From the IMG/VR virus record IMGVR_UViG_3300043411_001904: DNA of 64,000 nt, one strand, 5' to 3'. Origin of the DNA: an uncultured virus (IMG/VR IMGVR_UViG_3300043411_001904) (taxonomy: Duplodnaviria; Heunggongvirae; Uroviricota; Caudoviricetes). The translations under genes and the position numbers were made by a program. Shown one piece after another: positions 9,310-19,462 of this stretch (positions are counted from its first letter, which is position 1; each line of letters opens with the position of its first letter). Below the pieces are notes generated by a model, which worked only from the letters and a program-made list of their open reading frames with translations, made no database searches and was not told the origin of the DNA.

Positions 9310-10185
9310 TTATGATAATATATTCTTTTTATGGACATTTACTCTTCCAGATACCCAACCCATTATTAAATATCTATTCAAATCATTTTTTTTAATTTTT
9401 ATATTTTTTCCTTCTCTATTTATCCATAAAGTTCCGTGTTGAGAATTTTTTTCTCCCCTTTGATTAATAGAATTTTTTTCTCCTATTTTCTTTTTACTGT
9501 CCTCACTATGTCTACGACCTTTCCAAATTGGAAATATTGAACCATCCACAAATCTAGGATCATCTCTATGGGCTAAAAAATAATCACCACTCATATTGCT
9601 ACTCAGTATCATATTCTTATTTAACCCACTGTGAATATCAACGTTAAACTTATCTCTTTCTATAAATTCATTTTTTCCTAATATATTGTTTCTGACACAC
9701 ATTTTTAATTTAATCAACGAGGTTAGTGATTTATTATATCTTTCATCATCAACTGGTATATAAAAAAAATTTCCAAACTCATCACACGCGGTCACATTTC
9801 CCTTTGTGATCCCAACTAATTCCCCAGAAGATATTCTTGGATCACTAACATTAACATCAAATGTATTACCATCAACATCTCTAACTGTCGCAAGATCTTT
9901 TGTTATGAATCCACCACCAATAATAATATTATAAACATCACCTCTTTTCAAAAATGAATCATTAACTAATTCAGACTCCTTTTTAATCATATCACTTTCG
10001 TTATCAAATTGATATAAAATTACCTTCTCAAAATTGGAAATTCCATATTCAGAAATTGCTTTTGTGATTTTCCTACCAGACCCCATATAACCATCATTTA
10101 TATTACGTGTTATATGAACACCAATGTAAATCATTTTATTGATTTTATTGGTTATTTGATACACTAGATATTTTCTATCTCTCAT
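9310..10185 (-). CDS. GIY-YIG (Seg-like) homing endonuclease
   Basis: VYQITNKINKMIYIGVH, YMGSG, NUMOD3-like WKGRRHSEDSKKKIG; start moved to MRDRKY because the upstream part overlaps a tRNA. Confidence 0.85.
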   Translation of the reverse strand: MRDRKYLVYQITNKINKMIYIGVHITRNINDGYMGSGRKITKAISEYGISNFEKVILYQFDNESDMIKKESELVNDSFLKRGDVYNIIIGGGFITKDLATVRDVDGNTFDVNVSDPRISSGELVGITKGNVTACDEFGNFFYIPVDDERYNKSLTSLIKLKMCVRNNILGKNEFIERDKFNVDIHSGLNKNMILSSNMSGDYFLAHRDDPRFVDGSIFPIWKGRRHSEDSKKKIGEKNSINQRGEKNSQHGTLWINREGKNIKIKKNDLNRYLIMGWVSGRVNVHKKNILS

Positions 10186-10232
10186 GTTCGATATTAGTTT
10201 TATGTATATATAAAAATATCGAACCCTCTTTG

Positions 10233-10305
10233 TGGCAAAAACCGGACTCGAACCGACATCATCCAAATCCCAAATTTGGTGGCTTACCAATTAGCCCATT
10301 TCGCC
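10233..10305 (-). tRNA. tRNA-Pro(UGG)
   Basis: CCAAA-TTTGGGA-TTTGG anticodon arm; GTCGG-TTCGAGT-CCGGT T arm; G1-C72 acceptor. Confidence 0.8.
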
Positions 10306-10315
10306 AATATTTCGG

Positions 10316-10407
10316 TCGGGACGAGAGGAATCGAACCTCTGAGGGGATTTTGTATTCCCACCCCATTCCAAGTGGGGGCCGCTACCTGACTACGGGCCTA
10401 CGTCCCG
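10316..10407 (-). tRNA. tRNA-Pro(UGG) with long variable arm
   Basis: CGGGACG/CGTCCCG acceptor, A73; CCCCA-CTTGGAA-TGGGG; variable arm GGGA-ATACAAAA-TCCC; AGAGG-TTCGATT-CCTCT. Confidence 0.8.
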
Positions 10408-10416
10408 AAATATTTG

Positions 10417-10489
10417 CGGCCTGTCCCGGTTACGCTCCGAGTACTTAGCAGTGACAGTGCTAGATGATAAACTATTTCACCAAAAGGCC
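10417..10489 (-). tRNA. tRNA-Asp(GUC), divergent T loop
   Basis: TAGCA-CTGTCAC-TGCTA; G73; T loop AGCGTAA. Confidence 0.7.
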
Positions 10490-10540
10490 AATAAAATTCT
10501 CGTCTCTCCGAAACGTCAAGCCTTGATACAGCGGCTTCCC
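10490..10540 (-). repeat. Two-hairpin element, copy 1, directly 5' of tRNA-Asp
   Basis: AAGCC-loop-GGCTT GAC GTTTCG-GAGAGA-CGAGAATTTTATT. Confidence 0.75.
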
Positions 10541-10546
10541 CTGCGG

Positions 10547-10623
10547 CGGTCTGTAGGGGTAACAATCCCCTCTGAATCTTCCGGGTGACGACCGGACGGC
10601 CACATCATGCAGCCCCACAGACC
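10547..10623 (-). tRNA. tRNA-Asp(GUC)-like, strongly divergent
   Basis: GGTCTGT/ACAGACC acceptor, G73; TCCGG-TCGTCAC-CCGGA (C33); T loop ATTGTTA. Confidence 0.6.
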
Positions 10624-10673
10624 AATAAAATTTTCGTCTCTCCGAACGTCAAGCCTAACCTCCGTGGCTTTCC
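10624..10673 (-). repeat. Two-hairpin element, copy 2, directly 5' of tRNA-Asp
   Basis: AAGCC-loop-GGCTT GAC GTTCG-GAGAGA-CGAAAATTTTATT; stems conserved and first loop different from copy 1. Confidence 0.75.
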
Positions 10674-10708
10674 TTCTTTTATCTACATCAGATGTGGAAA
10701 TGTATCTT

Positions 10709-10743
10709 AAAACAAAAATCCCGTTAATCTTTCGACTAACGGG
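10709..10743 (-). terminator. Intrinsic terminator (attenuator) upstream of the Asp/Pro tRNA cluster
   Basis: CCCGTTAGTC-GAAA-GATTAACGGG then ATTTTTGTTTT. Confidence 0.85.
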
Positions 10744-10767
10744 TTCGTGTTCTGTGTTTTATCTAAA

Positions 10768-10863
10768 TCACATGAACATATAGTTAGTCCCATTCAATCT
10801 TGGATCAAGATCGATCACAACCATCGGTTGGGGGTTAACGTTTATGTTGATGTTGAAATTCAT
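10768..10863 (-). CDS. Leader peptide MNFNININVNPQPMVVIDLDPRLNGTNYMFM
   Basis: 31-codon ORF with Pro CCC/CCG/CCA and Asp GAT x2; internal GACTAAC complementary to the terminator 5' arm. Confidence 0.7.
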   Translation of the reverse strand: MNFNININVNPQPMVVIDLDPRLNGTNYMFM

Positions 10864-10905
10864 AATTCTATATATTAAAATATTTTCTCTCTTTTTACTT
10901 ATTTA

Positions 10906-10938
10906 CAAATATAATACAAAGTTTTCTAATTTTCCAAA
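10906..10938 (-). promoter_or_regulatory. Bacteroidota sigma70-type promoter
   Basis: TTTG-N21-TATATTTG. Confidence 0.75.
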
Positions 10939-10943
10939 TTTAT

Positions 10944-11612
10944 TTATCTTTTTGATCGATTAGGTACTTGTTGAGGTCTTGGATTGGTCCTTGGAACACT
11001 ATTTCGATCATTTCGTGGTGGATTAACTCTCTGAGGGGTTCTCACAGGGATAGGACGACTCGGAAATGGATAAGTTTCGATACTGCGACTTTCCCAACGA
11101 GGTGTATTTGTAACAGGACGCTTGGGAGTACGAAGATCAATTCTACTAGAACGTGGTTGAGAATTCAAAATTATCGATCGACCCACACTCGGTCGTGGAG
11201 AAACAATATATCCACCATTTATATTGTCTCCATAAAATCCATGATGTCCGTGATGATGGTGATGATGTGACCATCCAAATCCATAATATCCATGTCCATA
11301 AGGTCTCCAAGGATTATAATATAACCCACCGTTCCAAGGATTCCAAGGATTATAGTATCCGTATGGATTTCCCCAATACCAATCATTCCAATAAGACCCA
11401 TAATAATAATTTGAAAATCCTACTCCAAATCCAAATCTAGAAGAATTATACCATCGTGGATCATTATAAACTATATCATTATAATTTCGTTGATATCCTA
11501 TATAAGAATTATTATCAACATAATAAACATCATCCTCATACCTAGTAGATTGATGGGTAGTCGCACAGGAGAATATCAATAGTGAAAAAGCAAGTAATAA
11601 TATAACTCTCAT
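10944..11612 (-). CDS. Bacteroidota-type low-complexity lipoprotein (Tyr/Gly/Trp-rich, His run, Arg/Pro tail)
   Basis: Lipobox FSC; YEDDVYY motif; disordered C-terminus. Confidence 0.65.
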   Translation of the reverse strand: MRVILLLAFSLLIFSCATTHQSTRYEDDVYYVDNNSYIGYQRNYNDIVYNDPRWYNSSRFGFGVGFSNYYYGSYWNDWYWGNPYGYYNPWNPWNGGLYYNPWRPYGHGYYGFGWSHHHHHHGHHGFYGDNINGGYIVSPRPSVGRSIILNSQPRSSRIDLRTPKRPVTNTPRWESRSIETYPFPSRPIPVRTPQRVNPPRNDRNSVPRTNPRPQQVPNRSKR

Positions 11613-12381
11613 ATATGTTGTATGATACGAATCTTAGAAGTTTCCACTTCAGATTCCCAAGTATTTTCCACTAAACAAAGTTATTCCAATTTAGCTCCAT
11701 TCTTAACCAATTCATCAACACATTTATCAATGAAATTAATGGCAATAGGATCATTCTCGTCTATATATCCTTTCTCCTTATCAACACAATGCAGACTCTC
11801 AGCGGCACCAATGTCTAATCTATATCCCTCCGGTCTTGGAACTGACTTTAAAACTTCTTTAATCCAACTATTACAACTGTAATAACTTGATAGATATCCT
11901 TCTTTTTCTTTTGGCCCACAATAAAATTGAATTGGAACTTCGTTATCTTTAGATACCATTACTACAAAATTATCAGGATCCATTGGATACCGACTGTGTT
12001 GATTGGTATCATCTAATCTAGGTTTAATCATTTATCTCTATTTTAATCGTTATCTATAACTCCTTGCTTCAAAAAGAAATCATACCACTCTTTTGCACAA
12101 GAGCGAAAATCTTCGATTTCATATGAATCATATTCAAAAATTTGCATTGGATGTTCATCACCCCCACTACCCGAAGAATCATGAATACCATATTTTTCTT
12201 CGATTCTCTCACGCTCAATATCCATCAAACCAATAAAATCATCCCAATGCTTAGCCGATTTGAATTTTAATCGGAGTTCAAATTTAAAAACACCCTTATC
12301 AAAATCTGATTGATCCCATAGATCAAAACATCCTGCTTGATTAAGTCTAAAGATTACATTCATGTTTTTTTGTTTAGAATA

Positions 12382-12413
12382 CAAATATAAAGAAGTTATT
12401 TAACTTGACCAAA
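12382..12413 (-). promoter_or_regulatory. Bacteroidota sigma70-type promoter
   Basis: TTTG-N20-TATATTTG upstream of the ORF starting at 12363. Confidence 0.65.
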
Positions 12414-13051
12414 ATCCTACCAAAATACTTTTACTAGATATTCTCCAGGCTCAATATGTTTCTCTCGAACCAAGAGATTAAAAAGAACATGATTGCAATA
12501 ATTTGGATATTTCCCAGACTTTATCTTTAATACATCCTTCTCATCATAATCAGAGATTTTGCCATCAACTTTGAATGTATAGCTAGAACTATTATTAGCT
12601 TCCTGAGTTGATATAAACTCATAATCTCCACCATATATAGACTTAACAAATATGTCAAAAATCAACAACTCGAACAGTCTTTTCAACCACTTTTAATTTT
12701 GGTCTATTTGCGTTATCCAACCAATTTGTAAATTTCTTACTCATACATTATATATTATAAGATGTTTTCAATTTTATCATTCCTCCTAAGTCTAATATCC
12801 ATATCAACTAATTTCATAACTAAATTAGCCGTCCAAGGAGCTTCATAATCATCTGGATTATGAATATCAAATACTCTACCATCCTTACCATCTAGCATCA
12901 ACCAACTACTAGTGTCCGCCATTAAATTATAATCCCCGAAAATAAGCAAATCATAAACACTATTAAAATTATGAGGCTTAAATATCCAACCCTTGTTAAC
13001 TAATTCTTTAACTAATATCTTATTCATGTATCAAATATAATATATAAACTA

Positions 13052-13396
13052 ATGAGGATCAAAAGATTTAAATCATTTAATCAAGATCTAGTTGATAAGG
13101 AATTGGTCAAAAGAACCTCTGATGGAATCATAAGATTTCTAAGAGATAATAAAATATCTACTTGGGAAGAAATGGACAATAATGAATTCACTAGAAATAC
13201 AATAAATAAAATCATTGACAAAGCGGCAAGAACATATGAAGAGGTCAAAGAAATAAAATTCTTTATGAAACTAGAACTATCAAGTATAAAATCATTGAAA
13301 AATCTTCTACAGGACCTCATAGAATCAGAAGAATATGAAAAATGTAGATTAGTTCAGAACAGAATTAATCAAATAGAAGAGTCAAGTTATTTCTAA
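13052..13396 (+). CDS. Hypothetical protein with C-terminal UVR-like motif
   Basis: MRIKRFKSFN start; ESEEYEKCRLVQNRI. Confidence 0.55.
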   Translation: MRIKRFKSFNQDLVDKELVKRTSDGIIRFLRDNKISTWEEMDNNEFTRNTINKIIDKAARTYEEVKEIKFFMKLELSSIKSLKNLLQDLIESEEYEKCRLVQNRINQIEESSYF

Positions 13397-15197
13397 TTAT
13401 ATACCAATTTTGATCATATTCCATTCCCTTGCTAATTCCCTGAAAGATTCCCCGATCGGCAAAGAGATAATGCAATATCGTATTCCCACATCAAAATATT
13501 TACCCGTATCATATTCACCAAAATAAATATCCCCTATTTTATCATGATCCACTCGAATTTGTATAGAATTGAAAGATACATCATCATATAATAATCGTAA
13601 CCAACTATCTAAATATCGACTTGGAGTAATATGTTCCAAAAAAGGAATTCCTCTTTCTCTATCAAACTTATAATAAATCATTCGACAGTCTCAACACTAA
13701 CATGCTCGTATTCATGTCCAGCAGATGATCGACCTCTGATAAATCCCCACGCCTTCCCACTAGGATTGTCCAATTCTTTTTGGACTCTTTCCCTTAGACC
13801 TTCAGGTTCACTCCAATCATAAAATCCAATTTCTAGATGAAGTTTCATAATTTTGCGAGCCGATTCTTCGAGTTCTGCAGGAGAATCCCCTTTATAGTAA
13901 TAATTCCCATGCTTTGATTTCAAAACTAAAATTTTCATATTTCAATTTTTTCAATTGTAATGTTACCTAATACAAGCTCATTATATAGTCCAATGGCTCT
14001 TATCGCGTCTTTCCTAGAAAGGAATGGTGGAGAAACCTTACGATCTTTTTCCAGCGAAGGATATTCATATTTAAGATCTAAATTAAATTTACCCAATTGG
14101 AGTGGAGCTCTAGTATCTAGATAAATATAATTTTTGTAAGTATTGACAATTTTAGTTGGTTGCTTAAAAATATTATCATTCGAAATCCTTTCAGTGGTTT
14201 CCCTTACAACAGGATAAAAAAATCCCGAATTGGGACATGTTTCAATAAAAAATTCATATTTAGTCGGTGATATATCAACAGATGACCATTTTGGCCTAAT
14301 ACCAAACCATTTATACTTAAATCGGATAACCTTTTTATTGAAAAATTCACTAATTTTTTCAAATCTCATTTTAATTTGTTTTTGGCCAATGTTTAGCTAA
14401 TGTATTGCTAAAATCATTAATATTCAAATCAAAAATTTTATCTATCAATTTATCTCTATTAATTTGTGTTGAATACACAGGAACACAAAATCCATTTTCA
14501 TAATCATAGTCAGAGTAATATCCACTATCATAATCATCATCGGGATCCCACGCATATATTCCCATTTCTCTTAATTCCTCGGATCCTATAAATTGATATC
14601 CGGACCCAATAGAATTGGGATAGGACCAACGGCGAGGACGATGAAGACTTGAAGAAATAATAACTTCAAATTCCCATAAATCAGAATCTGTAACCTTAGA
14701 TGTATGTACTCTATGAGTTGTCATAGAAATATATATCTAAAATAAAGAATCTAGTTTAGATCTCCTTTGATACTCCCTCCAAAGCTTTTTAACCTTATCG
14801 TAGTTATCACCAGACCCACTAAAATCTGTATCGAAAATAACAATATTAATTTTATCTTTCGAAAACATACTCTTGGTATTATCTTTTATTTGGAAAGGAG
14901 CAAATCCATTATTCTGTATACTGAAATGAATTGCACAAAAAATTAGATTATCATCACTCATCCCACTAATAGCAGGTAACCTAGAAGAATCATGAGAATG
15001 CCAATTTTTCGAGTTATTAGAGATCCGATAATATTCTTTGAAAAAATCCTGAATAATGGGATTCTTATATTTAATCCAATCACCATCGAGGGATATGAAG
15101 TTATGATACTTGTCGCTTTTTACAAAATCGACGACTTCAGAGAAGTCTTCTGAAGCCTCATCAAATATTGCAACTCGAATATTCATTATTTATATAG

Positions 15198-15288
15198 CAG
15201 AGGCTGAGGGATTCGAACCCCCGATTCGGAATTTCACCGAATTCATGTTTTCAAGACATGTGCAATAAACCAACTCTACCAAGCCTCT
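15198..15288 (-). tRNA. tRNA-Ser(UGA)
   Basis: CATGT-CTTGAAA-ACATG; long variable arm; G73; GGGGG-TTCGAAT-CCCTC. Confidence 0.9.
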
Positions 15289-15607
15289 GTATTTATTAAA
15301 CAAATATACTACTTTTTAAGAATATAATTTAAATTAATTTCTCTATGTATTTTCAATTTGTCAATGGGTTCTTTTATATATTCAAGATATTCAGACCAAC
15401 TATCGCTCCTCCGAAGAATATCAATCTCTGAATCCATAGATCGAGCAATATCCTCAACTTCACCAACTGTGTGTGAATTAATAAGATTAGAATATAAATT
15501 CTCTATATTTTCTTTATTTAGAGAGAATTTATACAAGTAAATCAATTCACGTTGAACATAATCCTTATAACTTTGGAAATCAGGAGATACATCTTCCACA
15601 CAAGACA

Positions 15608-16024
15608 TTACTTAACATCAACGACTTCGATATCAAAAAGAAGTGTTTTTCCAGCTAGCGGATGATTACCATCAATAACTACATTGTCTTCGTTAACTTG
15701 CCTAACAATAAAAACAACATCTTTTCCATCTTGACCCTCAGCTTGAAGCTGGGATCCTATTTGGACATCAGGTGGAGCATTTGATTTTGGTATTGTCAAA
15801 ACCATACTCTCATGAATTGGACCATAGGCTTCTTCGGGTGACAATTTCAATGTCTTCTTTTCTCCAACAGACATTCCAACAACTCCTGATTCAAAACCAC
15901 GAATCAATTGACCCGCACCAATTGTGAATTCGAGAGGATCTCTCTGAAGAGATGAATCAAATTCTGTACCATTTTCTAATTTACCCGTATAATGGACTTT
16001 TACTGTTTTGCCGTTTTCAATCAT
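15608..16024 (-). CDS. FKBP-type peptidyl-prolyl isomerase (SlyD/FkpB-like)
   Basis: VKVHYTGKL.NGTEFDSS, GQLIRGFE, PEEAYG, DGNHPLAGKTL. Confidence 0.93.
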   Translation of the reverse strand: MIENGKTVKVHYTGKLENGTEFDSSLQRDPLEFTIGAGQLIRGFESGVVGMSVGEKKTLKLSPEEAYGPIHESMVLTIPKSNAPPDVQIGSQLQAEGQDGKDVVFIVRQVNEDNVVIDGNHPLAGKTLLFDIEVVDVK

Positions 16025-16339
16025 TTTAAAATATATTTTTTATTTATAGTATATTCTTAATATATAGTTTATGAAAAAATTTACCCAATCCAAACAAACA
16101 ACTCTTAAAGGATGGACATTATGGCATGACAGAGGAATGCATCAATCAGAATTTACAATAAATCGACATGGGTTCTCAGCAAGAGCTGATGGAGAGATAT
16201 GGGATTACAGTGATGATCCTTATGAATTTGCTGAATTTATAAAAGATGGCAATGTATGGAAAGAAATAAGTATATTGGAAGATAAAATAGAATATACCAA
16301 TCCAACCAAATTATCTGATTGGTTGAAAGAAAATTTAAA

Positions 16340-16702
16340 ATGAAACATATCCATTCGTTTGAATCAATTCAAATAATAGATAAAAAATTAGAGAATGATT
16401 TTCAAGATATCGAAGACTATTTTGTAGACCTATTCGATGAGACAAATAATAAATGGAATATTAGGGTCCGATTTGGATTTGTTGGTATACAAATTAATAT
16501 AACAGATGAATATAAAGGACACGCGTATAGACCACATCATAAAGAAGTAATTTTAATCAAAAGAAATAAAATCGATCATATCGTATCAAATTGCATGGAC
16601 AGATTAGCTTCCTCAAAAAATTTAGTAGCAAAATTCAAGAAAAAAAGATACGATGGGGGAAAGACAATCGGGTATTCTTGCTCCCTCTTTGGATACGAAT
16701 AA
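16340..16702 (+). CDS. Hypothetical protein with MKHIHSFES motif
   Basis: ATG overlaps the upstream stop region. Confidence 0.55.
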   Translation: MKHIHSFESIQIIDKKLENDFQDIEDYFVDLFDETNNKWNIRVRFGFVGIQINITDEYKGHAYRPHHKEVILIKRNKIDHIVSNCMDRLASSKNLVAKFKKKRYDGGKTIGYSCSLFGYE

Positions 16703-16923
16703 TGATATACACTGATGGAGTTCATTTAGTCGCTGATTCTCTAGAAGAACTACATAAATTTGCCTCTAAAGTGGGACTTAATAGAAGGTATTTTGAAGGT
16801 GTTCGTAAAAAACACCCACACTACGATCTAACAAACGAAAGAGTAAGAAACCTATCAATAGAATTTGGTGCTATTGAGATCACCTCTAGAGAAGTACTGA
16901 TAAAGTCTAAATTAATAAAGTAA
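16702..16923 (+). CDS. DUF4031-like protein
   Basis: HLVADSLEELHKFA..GL.R..F....HYDL. Confidence 0.75.
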   Translation: MIYTDGVHLVADSLEELHKFASKVGLNRRYFEGVRKKHPHYDLTNERVRNLSIEFGAIEITSREVLIKSKLIK

Positions 16924-16937
16924 TATAATTATCATTG

Positions 16938-17008
16938 AGCGGGATAACGGTACTCCCCCGTTTTATATAGCTTGGAAGGCTACCACATTAGTTTTATGCT
17001 AATCCCGC
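16938..17008 (-). tRNA. tRNA-Gly(UCC), divergent D/T loops
   Basis: GCGGGAT/ATCCCGC acceptor, U73; GTAGC-CTTCCAA-GCTAT. Confidence 0.7.
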
Positions 17009-17009
17009 A

Positions 17010-17140
17010 AAAGATAGAGAACACTGAAAAGTGTGTTTTTCTGTGCTACCATTACACTACACCAACTAAGTTGGGTCAGGATTCGAACCTGAACTCGTCA
17101 TTTTCAAGATGAAGTAACACTTTTACTCACTACTATCTTT
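17010..17140 (-). ncRNA. YrlA/Y-RNA-like permuted tRNA mimic, copy 1
   Basis: Terminal stem AAAGATAG/CTATCTTT; inner stem AAAAGTGT/ACACTTTT; T arm TCAGG-TTCGAAT-CCTGA, then closed acceptor-like hairpin, then D arm TAGTGTAATGGTAGCAC. Confidence 0.75.
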
Positions 17141-17154
17141 ATATATAAATTGTA

Positions 17155-17709
17155 ATGTCAAAGAAGTTTAAAATAAAACCATTCAAAAATTTTCTAAAAG
17201 AATCTAAAGAAGAAATATATGATTCTTTTATCGAATTAGAAGATGAAGGATTTTGTCAAATAAGTGTCTCCTACTTAAAAGATCTTGTAAAAGAAAATGG
17301 AAACTTTTATATCTTCCAATATGATTTATCAAAAATCATAGATTATCTATGTAAAAAACAAAAAATATCAACACCAGATTCTATTCAAGATAACATACTA
17401 AACAATAAGTGGTCAACCGAAAGACACGCCGCTGCATGGATATCAAATCTAGATGACAAAGATAAAGAAGAAATTAATACAATTAATAAAATAATCAAAA
17501 ATATAATAGTAATTGAAATAGAATGGAAAACCAATTTATTTACTTTAGATTCCAATAAAGCAAGAAATCATGACGGAATGGTATATCTTGAAAATTTAAT
17601 TGATAGAATTAAATATAATTATAAAGTATACTACAATAGTAACGAAATATATTATCTTGATAAAGAATCCAATTCTTGTAAGACAAAACTATTATTAGAT
17701 CCTTTATAA
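17155..17709 (+). CDS. Hypothetical protein with IKPFKNFLKE motif
   Basis: 184 aa ORF. Confidence 0.55.
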   Translation: MSKKFKIKPFKNFLKESKEEIYDSFIELEDEGFCQISVSYLKDLVKENGNFYIFQYDLSKIIDYLCKKQKISTPDSIQDNILNNKWSTERHAAAWISNLDDKDKEEINTINKIIKNIIVIEIEWKTNLFTLDSNKARNHDGMVYLENLIDRIKYNYKVYYNSNEIYYLDKESNSCKTKLLLDPL

Positions 17710-18264
17710 TTCACAAATTAATTTTATACTCTCATCCACATTTGACGAGTAATGAATGTGTCTATAATCAAACATAGCATTTATCTTTGAAAGAAAATTA
17801 TCTATTGCATTTCTGAAATCATTTCTAGCTTTAAATCTTCCACCTTGAGAAATAATCGAACTAATCCTAGTCTCTGAACCAAAATATAAAGTGAAGATAA
17901 TATTACTATCCAATAAAAGCTCAAAATCATTACCCACTATCCAACTAGCATATTCACCATTTGTATAAAAATCCACTCCGATACAAGTTAGAATTTCTAA
18001 ATTTTGATCTATTTCAAAAAGAGGAACAACATCAGCATTAAATAGGCTTCCTTGATCTTCCTCATAATCAGGTCCCTTTAAACAAACCTCAACAACCAAC
18101 TGATATCCATCATCTTCTAACTCCTGAAAAAGATCATAAAGGTTAGCAACCTTGGATTTATTACTTTCATAAGCCATTGCCACAAATTGTGACAATTCTT
18201 TACGTTCTGGAACTCTTTTATTCATTCTAGGAAAATCGAATGATTCGTATCTCTTTATTATCAT
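17704..18264 (-). CDS. Hypothetical protein, paralog of 18261-18785
   Basis: MIIKRYESF; NLYDLFQELEDDG. Confidence 0.55.
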   Translation of the reverse strand: MIIKRYESFDFPRMNKRVPERKELSQFVAMAYESNKSKVANLYDLFQELEDDGYQLVVEVCLKGPDYEEDQGSLFNADVVPLFEIDQNLEILTCIGVDFYTNGEYASWIVGNDFELLLDSNIIFTLYFGSETRISSIISQGGRFKARNDFRNAIDNFLSKINAMFDYRHIHYSSNVDESIKLICEL

Positions 18265-18785
18265 AAAAATCTCAAATTATATTTATAGGTGACATATATA
18301 TCAGGATTTAGCGGAAACCCATCATGTGACTCACTGAGTATCTTGACATACGGACCTAAAGCATTAATGTATTCATTGACTAGACGACTAAAATGATCAT
18401 AGTGTCTAATTGTTCTTCTGTCCAAAACCTGTGGTCGTTGAAATACATCATCAGGTCCATATACCAAACTGAAATATGTACTTTTTATCTCAATCTTCAC
18501 TTCAACAAGGTCCCTATCAATATTACCGTTTTCTAATAGTTTTAATTTAAACCACTTATCTTCTAATGAATTTGGTTTAAGATTTTTATCCAGGCTAAAA
18601 ATTTGAGTCTCTTCCCTTTCCGAAAAATAAACCACTGAAACTCTCAATGTCAATCCACCATCCTCATAATCTTGAAAGACATCAAATAAATTCTCCACAT
18701 CACCTGAGTATTCCGAAATAAACCAATCATAAATAGTCTCAATGACTCCCCTCGATTCAGATTCAAAATATTTGAGATAAATCAT
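18261..18785 (-). CDS. Hypothetical protein
   Basis: MIYLKYFESE; NLFDVFQDYEDGG. Confidence 0.55.
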   Translation of the reverse strand: MIYLKYFESESRGVIETIYDWFISEYSGDVENLFDVFQDYEDGGLTLRVSVVYFSEREETQIFSLDKNLKPNSLEDKWFKLKLLENGNIDRDLVEVKIEIKSTYFSLVYGPDDVFQRPQVLDRRTIRHYDHFSRLVNEYINALGPYVKILSESHDGFPLNPDIYVTYKYNLRFL

Positions 18786-19447
18786 TACTTTTTAGATTTT
18801 ATATATCTAAATAAATCCTCAATTGTTGATCTCGTTCGGGTATTAGATTTCATTAAAATCACCATATCTTTAAGTAATAAAACAAACAACACAACAAAAG
18901 CAATGACCAAAAATGATCCCACTATAATAGATCGGTAGTAACTCTTATCATACGAATCCAAAACTTCTTTTAATTTGACATCATTACTTTCCAATGAATT
19001 TGAAATAGATGATTTAAGAATCGATCTAATACCTCGATTCAGAGAAGAATTTCTATCATGAAAAACATCAGCATTATCACATAAAATACTGTCCTCTCTG
19101 TAATCAATAAGAGCTCTAAATTTCATGTCCATCATGGAATCTAATTTAACACTATCATCATTGGAAAAAATCAAAAGACCATTTCTCAAAAAATCCATAT
19201 ATCTATACTCGGACTCAAAATCTCTATCATTAATAATATCAGATTCAATTCTATCATCCACTGTATAAATTCGATTAGAAATAGAAACTAACATGGAAAC
19301 ATCCCGATTTATATTTTCAATGGAATATCTCTTGGATTTCAAATCTCGAATATTAGAATTCATAATAGATATTCCCGTCATATATGTAAATATAGTCAAC
19401 ACTAATAATACAATGACTTTAATCTTGAACTTGAAACCTATATCCAT
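18785..19447 (-). CDS. Two-TM membrane protein resembling a sensor ectodomain
   Basis: TM at each end of a ~140 aa helical region. Confidence 0.5.
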   Translation of the reverse strand: MDIGFKFKIKVIVLLVLTIFTYMTGISIMNSNIRDLKSKRYSIENINRDVSMLVSISNRIYTVDDRIESDIINDRDFESEYRYMDFLRNGLLIFSNDDSVKLDSMMDMKFRALIDYREDSILCDNADVFHDRNSSLNRGIRSILKSSISNSLESNDVKLKEVLDSYDKSYYRSIIVGSFLVIAFVVLFVLLLKDMVILMKSNTRTRSTIEDLFRYIKSKK

Positions 19448-19462
19448 GTATTATATATTAAC

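Noticed and set aside
10186..10448. N-terminal extension of the GIY-YIG ORF and a 72-aa plus-strand ORF
   Set aside because: Both overlap tRNA-Pro/Asp genes; the true start is more likely 10185.
10490..10673. CRISPR mini-array or theta (HDV-like) ribozymes
   Set aside because: Only two copies, separated by a tRNA and tied to tRNA 5' ends; I could not build an HDV-like nested pseudoknot.
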